DNA of 64,000 nt from Octopus vulgaris (lineage: Eukaryota): assembly GCA_951406725.2 (NCBI GenBank), contig OX597821.1:4898001-4962000 (forward strand), in the 5' to 3' direction. The translations under genes and the position numbers were made by a program. Below, piece by piece: positions 27,846 to 40,234 of the stretch. Each line of letters begins with the position of its first letter. Within the stretch, counting starts at the first letter, position 1. A model generated the notes under the pieces. That model saw nothing but the letters and a program-made list of their open reading frames with translations. It did not search any database and was not told the DNA's origin.

Positions 27846-28657
27846 AACCCATAACGAAAACATCTCATATATAATAACAGTATAAATTCCTTCTGCTACT
27901 TATATATATGTAACGGTAGATACTTGTGATAGTTGATACTCGTGATATTTGATACTTGTAGTGATGGTAGATAACTACAGTGATAGTAGAAAGTTTTATT
28001 GATGGCGGATCGCTGAAACCATGGTGGATAGCCTTAGTGATGGTGGATACCTACAATGATAATACCTAAAGTGAGAGTGTTTAGTCGTAGTCAAGGTGAG
28101 TAGCTCTGATTCTAGCAGACAGATCTAGTGATGGTGGAGAGCTCAAGTTATGGCAAATAGCTCTAGTGAGGATGTTTAGTGATAGAGATGTTTACAGCTA
28201 TATCTTTATAGCGTAGTGCCATTGGCGCTACAGTGCCATAGTGAAGAAGTGATCTGTAGAGTTGGTAAAAATCCTAAAGATGGTGGATCTCCTTCTCGAT
28301 CGTGAATAGCAGTTAAAGACCATGTCAGGAAATCATTGGTGACATGCATGGTAGGAAGATATATTTATGGCTGTCATATTTGATACTGGTCATACTGTTA
28401 TGGGTTATTATTATAGTAACTGGTGGTAATGTTCGAGTTGGTAATATTGCTGGCGTTAATATCAGAGTTGATAATGATGATGATCGTAATAGCAGTGATG
28501 AGAATGTGCTAATAGTTGTAGTAATAAAAGAGGTTCCAACCTTCATTAACTTACCGTTCGTTCACAGACATAATAAATAAGAAATGCGTGTATTTCTTTT
28601 GCATAAATGCGTGGCCGTGTGCGCACGCGAGTGGGAGCATGAATGTTCGTGTGTGTC

Positions 28658-28689
<32 letters not shown>

Positions 28690-28775
28690 TATGTATGTGT
28701 GAGTATGAATGTGCGCATCTCTGTGTGTGGGGTGAGGTTTGTGTGAGTGTGTGTATGGAATTGTCGGTTATTACC

Positions 28776-28812
<37 letters not shown>

Positions 28813-29938
28813 AAAAGAAAGATTTAGCTACTATATTTAAAAGCAGGAACGACCACATATCGGCTCGTTTTATTATAGTGGACGTGATGAAATCGACCCT
28901 ACGCACATACAACCGAGTGTCAAATTTGACTTCTGTAAAGTGTAGGCGTTTATACAAGGGCAGGTGCTTATAACTCCGAACGTGTGTAACATGAATCGTA
29001 AAATAGGAAATTTTCGGTTGAGGAAATACAGACGCCATTTTGTAGATACCATTTTGTGAAATAAAATAAACGACATAATATATTGCCCTAGATATCGTGT
29101 TGAAAACACGATAGTAAACTTACAGTTACTATGTAATAAAAAGTTAATATGTTATAAAAAGAAGTGATGCTTCCTATAAAAATCATATTTTAGATATTAC
29201 GATGCAAACAACACGACATCAACTGGTATTCGAGATGCCATGTCAGGAAACTATATCGTATATATTCTCCCGAGACATAACTTGTTAAAATATAATACGT
29301 CAATTGTTAAATGTAATTTGGCATCGTCCCGGAAACGTTTAAGCAATTATAGTCAAGAATGTAATATTCATACATATTGAGTAAATATATAAATTCAATC
29401 ACTTGAGGACTCTCCACAAGAGCATTATGTTTTGCAGCCATGCCTTTAAAAATGTGTCGTTGTACAATGGTTAACAATACACACACCCACCCACATACAC
29501 ACACACACACACTCACGCACATATATTGGTGTTATCGATAAATGCGGTTTTATCAAATAGTTACACGCTAAATGACAGTCTTTATGATAATTTTTGTTTC
29601 ATAACAGCTTTTATTTCCTTATCAGTCTTTCGTTTATCTCAAATTATCATACATATACAAATACGTTAGTCAATGAACAGTCCCAATAGACTAGTTGATG
29701 GTATTACAGTCCCACAAATGAAGAATTCTTTTACAAGAATATTTTGCTATAACGTTGCTCAAATATTGAACAGATGGTAATTTCTGCTATTAGATTATAT
29801 CTTATTACCGATCTTTTCTCCATAAATTTTGTTTGGGTTCCTTAGAGAAATTGCTTAACTTCATCATATTTCTACATTTTATCAGTAACAAATAATTCAG
29901 TAGAAGCACACACGTAAACTTACACACACGTAAACTTA

Positions 29939-29989
<51 letters not shown>

Positions 29990-30127
29990 ACACAGACACA
30001 CACACACACAGAAATATAGAAAGAATACTATCATACAGAAGATTTGCACATTCATAAACACACAAGCACATACAGAGGTATGTGTGTATATGAGTGGGTA
30101 TGTGTATATCATATGCCTGCGTGATGC

Positions 30128-30199
<72 letters not shown>

Positions 30200-30962
30200 G
30201 TATGTATACGAGTGTTAGTGTGTATGAATAGTGACAGAAAGACCAAAGCAACTTATGTGTACACAGACGCACATAAACATGTGTGTATATATATATATAT
30301 ATATATACATACATATTTATCTATATTCACATATCGACATATATGTATATATGCCTATATATGCTAGTATATACATATGTTATGTATATGCATATATATA
30401 CACACACATACACGGGCGTACGTGTATATATATATATATATCTATGCAGCACAAAACTAGAACACAGATACGCAAACACACAGAAATTCACGTATATACA
30501 TACATGCGCAAGCATCCATACATACATATACACACCCCAACTCATCAAAAACCATAATTGGCAAAAATTTGTAGATAAAATATTTCTTGAGAGTTATTTT
30601 TGTAATGAATTAACAAACGATAAAGAAAAAATATCACTTTATAAATATCTTTACAGAAATTCTTGAAAAATTGTATAAAAGGAATACAAGAAAAAAATTC
30701 TGATATGTTATCGATCGCTGTAAAACAAAAAAAAATTCACTTGAAGCCACTTCATATGACAATACTAAGTTTTAAAGCATTTAACCAACAAATTTGTGTC
30801 CATTGTTTCAAATGAATATTGTTTAGATATTTTTTTTTATGAGAAAAATTGTGCGTGCGTGCGTGTAGTTATATCGGACTGTTAGGGCTGTATACAGAGA
30901 AACAAAGACAGAAAATAATGCCGATGTACATGCACTTCATATATGTGTATGCATGTGTATAC

Positions 30963-31065
<103 letters not shown>

Positions 31066-31253
31066 TACATACATATGGCCAGATTGGAGCATTCTCAAGA
31101 ATAATCAGCCGAAATTGCGAGGATAATCTTGTGCTTGACTGAGGATAGGAAACTTCAAATGACCCGACCTTGTTTTATTTGTATCGTCTATCTTTTTTTT
31201 ATTATTGTCCCTTTTGGTATCACCTACATGTCCGGATGTTTTGCGTCCTTATC

Positions 31254-31296
<43 letters not shown>

Positions 31297-31298
<2 letters not shown>

Positions 31299-31435
31299 AC
31301 AAATTAAACTTAAATGTTGAAGTGAATCGAACGGCTTTTGTGTGTTTCTTAAATGGCTTATAAACACGCTGCAATTGTTTTCGTTTCAGCACACGATCTC
31401 AGATCAAATTACTTGCTATGCGAGTACATCTCCCT
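31297..31435 (+). mobile_element. PLE-like end fragment, same family as 12743-13063
   Basis: TAAATGTTGAAGTGAATC.AACGG...TTATAAACAC...CAATTGTTTT.GTTTCAG.ACACGA matches 12935-13035. Lies between (TA)n tracts. Confidence 0.65.
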
Positions 31436-32221
31436 ATATATATATATATATAATCAATGTCAAACAGATATAGACATGCGTCTTGTTTGTTCATAAATAG
31501 GATGCGTTTGTAAGCGCAAGGAAATATACTTTAAGTGCGCCTGGTGTTAAGGATACCTGAAAGTGAATCATGAGCAAGATAGACAACTCACATCAGGTCA
31601 CATTTCGGAGCGACAGACATCGATGTTTCTTCGTTGTGACTTTTCAATGCCGCGTATCGAAGAATGCCCGCTATAGGCTATAACGCCAACTATGACACTA
31701 TGCTAAATGCTTTAGATACCATCCGCTGGTAAGTCCCAACCTTTCATGCTACGGAAAAAAAGTCAAATATGAATTAGGCGTAGTTATATAAACTCCTCCA
31801 TTTATATAAACAAAATCGAACATACACACATACAGAGGGTATGTTTGTTGTTAGTTGTTGCGCCGGTTGCGGCTTTTAGGCTTGAGAATATATTGTCTGA
31901 GAGAATATATTGCCTATGAGCCTTGTGTAAAAAAAAAAACACCTGAAAATATGTCACAGTCCAACTAGAAAACTCACATCAGGTCTTTCCTCGGAGCGAC
32001 AGACATCAACGTTTCGACCTCGTCGGGTTGTCTGTCGTTCCGAGAAAAAATATTGAATAATATTTTCCCTATATTTTAATTAACTTAAAAAGAAGCATGA
32101 AAATATATGTGTATCTATCTAGCAATTTGTGTATCTTCATATATATATATAATACTTGCGCACAACCACACATTCAAACACCACAGACACACACACACAA
32201 GCTATGTGTGTCTATGTATAC

Positions 32222-32253
<32 letters not shown>

Positions 32254-32785
32254 ATATATATATATTTATATATGTATGTATATATACCTATACATAGATA
32301 TAGACACACATAGCTTGTGTGTGTGTGTGTGGTGTTTGAATGTGTATGTATAGGTATATATACATATATATATATATGTGTATATATAATAATAATAATG
32401 TATATATATATATATATAAAGTTCTACAAAGTAGTATGAAATTAATTTTTTCTTTCCCTTATACATAATTTTTTGTATTTTTTATAATTTTTAACGTTCA
32501 TAATAGTAATAACGAATTTAATGATTTAGTTTATAAATATTTTCAAATGGCGTCAGAAGGAATTTCGCTGGAATTCCTGAAGGAGCTTTTTTTTTGACTA
32601 AATGTATTGCATTGACCATTATTTAATTATTCATTTATTTAATTGACTGATTAAAATAGATATACTATTAGCAATTAAGCAGAAGTATATGTCGGATGTA
32701 TATTTGTCCTTATATTTATATAGATAAATAAAGGTTTATTATATGTTTCCATTGTCTACCTTATATATATATACACACACATATA

Positions 32786-32822
<37 letters not shown>

Positions 32823-33091
32823 TTCACCCACTCGAGATCGATAAAATAAGTACCAGTGATACTCTGGGGTCGGTGTAATCTATACGGGAATATCCAGGTT
32901 CATATAACTGATAAAACATGGTCGCAGGTAAAATCGATCGCTCTCGTCCTCTCTTCCCCTCACTCTAACTTGCTCTCACACCCTCTCTCTCTCTTTTTCC
33001 CTACTTCTTGCCATTTCTCTCCACCTTCTTAATTTTGTTGCCTAACGCAGTCACACATCCATTTTATTATCAATAATATTTAATGCATGAA

Positions 33092-33665
33092 AGCGTCGAG
33101 CTGGCAGAATCGTTAGCACGCCGGGCGAAATGCTTAGCGGTATTTTGTGTCTACGTTCTGAGTTCAAATTCCGCCGAGGTCGACTTTGCCTTTCATCCTT
33201 ACGGGGTCGATAAATTAAGTACCATTTACGCACTGGGGTCGTTGTAATCGACTTAATTCGTTTGTCTGTCCTTGCTTGTCCCCTATGTGTTTAGCCCCTT
33301 GTGGGTAGTAAAGAAATAGCTATTTCGTCTGCCGCTGCCTTCTGACTCCAAATTCCTCCGAGGTCGACTTTGCCTTTTATCCTTTCGGGGTCGATAAATG
33401 AAGTGCCACTTGCATAGTAGCGTCGATCTAACCGACTGCCCCTCTCCCCAAATTTAGGGCCTTGTGCCCGGAGTATATATACCGGTCTAAATGCTTAGCG
33501 GCATTCTGTCCGTCTTCACCTCCTGAGTTAAAATTCCACGGTGGTCGACTTTGCCTCCCATCCTTTCGGGGTCGATAAAATAAGTATTTGTTGAATACTG
33601 GGTTCGACATAATCGACTTGCTCTCTTTGCTTAAATTCCTGGCCTTGTACAAAATTTGAAATCCA
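33092..33665 (+). mobile_element. Family A SINE (33092-33318) followed by two partial copies
   Basis: Full head, Nin-like core and tail TTAGCCCCTTGTGGGTAGTAAAGAAAT. The core recurs at ~33360 and ~33545. Confidence 0.85.
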
Positions 33666-33980
33666 TATTACATGAGACATACTTACATTCACCCGAGTCC
33701 ACTCAGTTCCCAACGTTACAAACATGTATATTTATAGTAACATCTTACGTTTGCCACTCAAATCACAAAAGGCTTACACCAAAATTTCCCTGGCCAATCT
33801 CATTTATCTAATTCTTCAGTTCTGTTGTACAACAGCATCCCTAACTTAGTAAATATTCACATAAGCATATACAATACAGATGTCATTAAAACATTAATTA
33901 GGACTTAAGAATATGGCTACGAGGATTGACCTAACCGGAAATAATAACCAGGAAATAAGAATATCAGTCCATGTGTACAT

Positions 33981-34109
<129 letters not shown>

Positions 34110-34211
34110 TGCATTCTTGTGTTGTACATTGATATACATATGTGTGCGTGTTCGTCTGAATACATTTATATATACAGAGGGAGAGAGAGACAGAGACAGA
34201 GAACGAAAGAG

Positions 34212-34249
<38 letters not shown>

Positions 34250-34532
34250 ATAATCTACTGTGATATACAGTAGATCCGACTATGATTGAATTATATCTAG
34301 CTTTGTCTTCTGTACTTTATGGAAATAAATAGAATTATTAAATGGTACACATGGACTGATATTCTTATTTCCTAGCTACATATATATAGTAAATGTTTTT
34401 ATTTTTCATTCCCTTGGAGAATTTATCCTTAATTAGTGGTTTGGACTTTAGCTGTTCTTTCTAGTGTAAAGGATTCCTATGATGGAAACCTCTTAATGTG
34501 TTTAAACGTACACTGTATTTTATATGAATATA

Positions 34533-34722
34533 GGCGTAGGAGTGGCTCTGTGGTAAGTAGCTTGCTTACGAACCACATGGTTCCAGGTTCAGTCCCACTG
34601 CGTGACACCTTGGGCAATTGTCTTCTACTATAGCCTCAGGCCGACCAAAGCCTTGTGAGTGGATTTGGTAGACGGAAACTGAAAGAATCCCGCCGTATAT
34701 ATGTATATATATATATATATAT
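34533..34722 (+). mobile_element. Family B SINE, 5' half (interrupted by the PLE)
   Basis: Matches 13184-13365 and stops in the internal (TA)n. Confidence 0.9.
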
Positions 34723-34898
34723 AATAAATATTAGGGAATAAATCCAAATTTACAGGGAAAAAATCAGATTTAGGATTAAATCCAATTTTATAGTAAAATA
34801 TTATATAATATTATTAGAGACAAAACCACTATTTTGCAAAACAAACAAGGAAAGACTTAATCAATACATAAAATTTTAATAAAAAGTCAAAAAAACCG

Positions 34899-34941
34899 CC
34901 ACTACAATTGTTTCTTGTCCTGATCGACAATCTTCAGGTGG
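34899..34941 (-). ncRNA. Minimal type I hammerhead ribozyme in the PLE pseudo-LTR
   Basis: Minus strand: CCAC-CTGAAGA-TTGTC-gatcag-GACAA-GAAA-C-AATT-GTA-GTGG. Stem III is the palindrome ACAATTGT. Confidence 0.88.
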
Positions 34942-36050
34942 ACTTCCAATCTAAAATATCAATATTTTAAAATATAAAAATAATAATTTTAAAATAATTA
35001 AAGTATTAATGAAAAAATATAAATATATAATCTATATATAACCTATATATAATCCATATATAATCAATATATAAACAATATATAAATAATAAAAACTAAA
35101 CCTATCAACAATTAAATATAAAATATAAAATATAAAATATAAAACAAAACAAAAAATAAACTATATATACACCCATACACATATAACTAATTATATATAA
35201 CCATATCTAAATACATACACTAAATCACACACCTATATATATATCCCTATACATACACATAAAAACGTCTAGGCAACGATAAATAAATAAAATAGCCAAA
35301 TACTTCAACACAATACTTATTCATACTCCCTCACACACACATACAACCCACATTCCCGCTCTGGAAACGGACATCATTTAAAATCATGAATGGAGAAATG
35401 GAACAAATGGAATTAAAAATTATATTCACATGGTAAAACGAACATTACTTAAAAATTATGAATGAAACAATGCAATAAAACAACAGACATCGTAAATAGA
35501 CACAAATTACTACGAATTCCTTAACAAAACTACCATGACAAACCAAAACTCATAAAAACATATAATGATAAAATCTCCCTTTACTAAACTCTATAACATA
35601 CCTATATAGCAATCCCCCTAACCTAAACATTCACACACAAATACACACACGTAAACCACACACCCACGACATATACAAATACCCACCTCACTCACACATA
35701 CCTATACATATATATAAACCTCAATATATACTCCAAAAACCCACTCAACCCCACACAGACAAATAAACACATACATCCCCAAACCTATATAGTAAACCCA
35801 TAAACACATTCACACACAAATATACATACGTAAAACACACACCATATACATATACATACTCACTAAACTCGATATATACAACAATATTAACACACCCACA
35901 CTTATACAGACAAACAAATTATGCAACCAAAATACACACACACTCACACACAATCCCACATACATAAACACTCCAAATAAAAACAACATTATTACACATA
36001 ATACGATATATAAAATACATCGTAAGTAACCAGAATAATTAAAACTCATA

Positions 36051-39000
36051 AAAACATAAATGATAAAACCTCCCTTTACTAAACCCTATAACATACTTAT
36101 ATAGCAATCCCTTTAACCTATACATTCACACACAAATACACACACGTAAACCACACACCCATAACAAATACAAACACCCACTCACACACACCCACAAGTA
36201 CATATAAGCCTCAACATATCCACCAAACAAAATTACGTTACCAAGGAACCTAACATATGTATAAAAAGTATTCCCGCTCTGGAAACGAACATCTTTTAAA
36301 ATTATGAATGGAGAAATGGAAAAATGGAATTAAAAATAATATTCACGTGGTAAAACGAACACCACTCAAAAATTATGAATGAAATAATGCAACAAAACAA
36401 CAAACACCGCAAATAGACAAATTACTACGAATTCTTTAACAAAACTACCATGATAAACCAAAACTCATAAAAACATATAATGATAAAATCTCCCTTTGCT
36501 AAACTCTATAACAAACCTATATAGCAATCCCCCTAACCTAAACATTCACACACAAATACACACACGTAAACCACAGACCCACGACTTATACAAATACCCA
36601 CCTCACTCACACATACCTATACTAACGTATAAACCTCAATATACACCAAAAACCCTACTCCCTCCCCACACAGAAAAATTAACACATACATCCCCAAACC
36701 TATATAACAAACCCATATACACATTCACACACAAACACACATACGCAAAAACACACACACACAACATATACATATACTCCCTCACATATACGCATATACA
36801 TAATCACTAAACTCGATATATACAACAATATTTACACACCCACACTCATACAGATAAACAAACTATACAACCAAAATACGCACACACTCACACACAATCT
36901 CACATACATAAACACTCCAAAGAAAAACAACATTATTACACATAAAACGATATATAAAATACATCGTAATTAACCAGAATATCAAAAATAACAATAAGAC
37001 ATAAGGAGAAATAATATACATACAAGTCAGTTTCAAATTATGAAGTGAAATTAAATTCTAAGCCGTTAAAAAAAACCAAACCAAAATTACGTTACCATAG
37101 GAACATAACTTATGTATAAAAAGAATACGCGCCATGGAAGCAAACGTCATTTAAAATTATGAATGGAGAAATAGAATAAATGGAACTAAAAACTATATTC
37201 ACGCGGCAAACCAACACTACTCAAAAAAATTATGAATGGATTCTTTAATAAAACTACCATGATAAATTATTATATGTATTTATGAGCTTTAGCTCATCTT
37301 GGCAGTTTCAACAAACAATTCGTAGCAATCCACGTCTATTCCCGATGTCTGCCACTTTACTACATTATTCCACTCCCAATCCTAAGCAACGCTAGCCCAC
37401 CACCCGGTTACAATTCCCAATTCCATTTATTCCATTCACAATTTCAATGACGTTCGCTTCCATAGTGCTACGTATGAGCCTCAATATATGCACCGGTGAT
37501 TCGCTTCCACATCCGTGCGGATGGGTGAGAGTATGCATTGAGTGTAGTGATGGGGCTCCCTTTGCTATGCACGTTTGTACCTAAAACCATAAATGATAAA
37601 ACCTCCCTTTACTAAACCCTATAACATACTTATATAGCAATCCCTTTAACCTATACATTCACACACAAATACACACACGTAAACCACACACCCATAACAA
37701 ATACAAACACCCACCCCACTCACACACACCCACAAGTACATATAAGCCTCAACATATACACCAAACAAATTCACGTTACCAAGGAACCTAACATATGTAT
37801 AAAAAGTATACCCGCTCTGAAACGAACATCTTTTAAAATTATGAATGGAGAAATGGAAAAATGGAATTAAAAATAATATTCACGTGGTTAAACGAACACC
37901 ACTCAAAAATTATGAATGAAACAATGCAACAAAACAACAAACATCGCAAATAGACAAACTACTACGAATTCTTTAACAAAACTACCATGATAAACCAAAA
38001 CTCACAAAAACATATAATGATAAAATCTCCCTTTGCTAAACTCTATAACAAACCTATATAGCAATCCCCCTAACCTAAACATTCACACACAAATACACAC
38101 ACGTAAACCACAGACCCACGACTTATACAAATACCCACCTCACTCACACATACCTATACTAACGTATAAACCTCAATATACACCAAAAACCCACTCCTCC
38201 CCACACAGACAAATTAACACATACATCCCCAAACCTATATAACAAACCCATATACACATTCACACACAAACACACATACGCAAAACACACACACACAACA
38301 TATACATATACTCCCTCACATATACGCATATACATACTCACTAAACTCGATATATACAACAATATTTACACACCCACACTCATACAGATAAACAAACTAT
38401 ACCACCAAAATACGCACACACTCACACACAATCTCACATACATAAACACTCCAAAGAAAAACAACATTATTACACATAAAACGATATATAAAATACATCG
38501 TAATTAACCAGAATATCAAAAATAACAATATGACATAAGGAGAAATAATATACATACTTACAAGTCAGTTTCAAATTATGAAGTGAAATTAAATTCTAAG
38601 CCGTTAAAAAAACCAAACCAAAATTACGTTACCATAGGAACATAACTTATGTATAAAAAGAATACGCGCCATGGAAGCAAACGTCATTTAAAATTATGAA
38701 TGGAGAAATAGAATAAATGGAACTAAAAACTATATTCACGCGGCAAACCAACACTACTCAAAAAAATTATGAATGGATTCTTTAATAAAACTACCATGAT
38801 AAATTATTATATGTATTTATGAGCTCTAGCTCATCGTAGCAGTTTCAATAAACAACTCGCAGCAATCCACGTCTATTCCCGACGTCTGCCATTTCACTAC
38901 ACTATTCCACTCCCAATCTCAAGCAACGCTAGCCCACCACCCGGTTACAATTCCCAATTCCACCTATTCCATTCACAATTTCAACGACGTTCGCCTCCAC

Positions 39001-39119
39001 AGTGCCACGCATGAGCCTCAACATATGCACCGGTGATTCGCTTCCACATCCGTGTGGATGGGTAAGAGTATGCATTGAGTGTAGTGATGGGGCTCCCTTT
39101 GCTATGCACGTTTGTACCT
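36051..39119. repeat. Two tandem ~1.53-kb direct repeats (36051-37582, 37583-39119) inside the PLE
   Basis: Both start AAAA(C)CATAAATGATAAAACCTCCCTTTACTAAACCC and end GCTATGCACGTTTGTACCT. A further partial copy lies at ~35350-36050. Confidence 0.93.
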
Positions 39120-40234
39120 GTGTGGTAGTCTCCATGTGTATATTCGCGCACGGGTATAAATGCGGGGGGTATTCGCGCACGGCATGTGCGTGTACCCCTC
39201 ACATGTATGTGTGCATGCTTGTTGGGCTCGATATGTGCAACGGTGTGTTCGCGCCCGCATTCATGCGGATGGGTGAATTGCACAATTAAAATACGCACAC
39301 GTGTGTGTGTGCGTTTTTTGGTTGTGTAGTTTGTTTATCTGGGTGTGAGTGGGTGTGAGCGTATTGTTGTGGATGTCGAGTCTGATACGTATGTATATGA
39401 GTGTGTTTGGGGGGTTGTACGTATGTGTTGTGTGTGTGTGTTCTGCGCATGCGCGCCTGTGTATGGATGAATATATGGGGATTGCTATGTGGGTGTAATT
39501 GGGTATGGAGGGGGAGTTTTGTCATTGTATGGGTGTGGGTTTCATTTGTGATGGTGGTTTGTTGGTGATTTGTGGTATGTTCTGTATATTTGGGTTAGTT
39601 ATGTATTGTTCTTGTGTGTGTAATTGTATACATGTATTATTGGTGTGAGTGGGATTGCGCCCATTTTTGGGGATGTATGTGTTTATCTGTCCGTGTGGGG
39701 CGGGAGTGGTCCCTTGGTGCATATGTTGAGGCTCATACGTAATTTCAGGTACGCGTGAATGAAGTGGGCACTTGTATTTGTTATGGGTGTGTGTACTTTA
39801 TTATAACAGACAATACCCAAATAAAATCTGTCAATTCAACATACCAAATAAAAAACAAATAAAAAACAAAGGGATCGTAAACATTCACACATACATACAA
39901 AACTCAATATATACACCACTAAATAACACCCATCATCCATATAAATATATCCTCCAATATACATATAACAAATGCATAATAAAAATACATAATAAAATAA
40001 AATAAAAATAAAAAATATATAATTAAAGAAAATAAAAAAATCTAATATAAATTATTAAAGTTTTAACGTACCATAAACTGTTATATTAATATACATTAAA
40101 AATGAACTAATTAAAACAAAGAAATATCAACAAAGACTAACTATAAATAAAGCCTAGACTACATAACCAAATAAATATAATTATCTAAACTAAATTAAAC
40201 TAAACTAAAGTAACCTAATAGGGAACTATTAAAG

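Noticed and set aside
36496-39722. Short ORFs inside the PLE repeat region as accessory genes
   Set aside because: They arise from A/C or G/T compositional bias, and the duplicated copies frameshift relative to each other.
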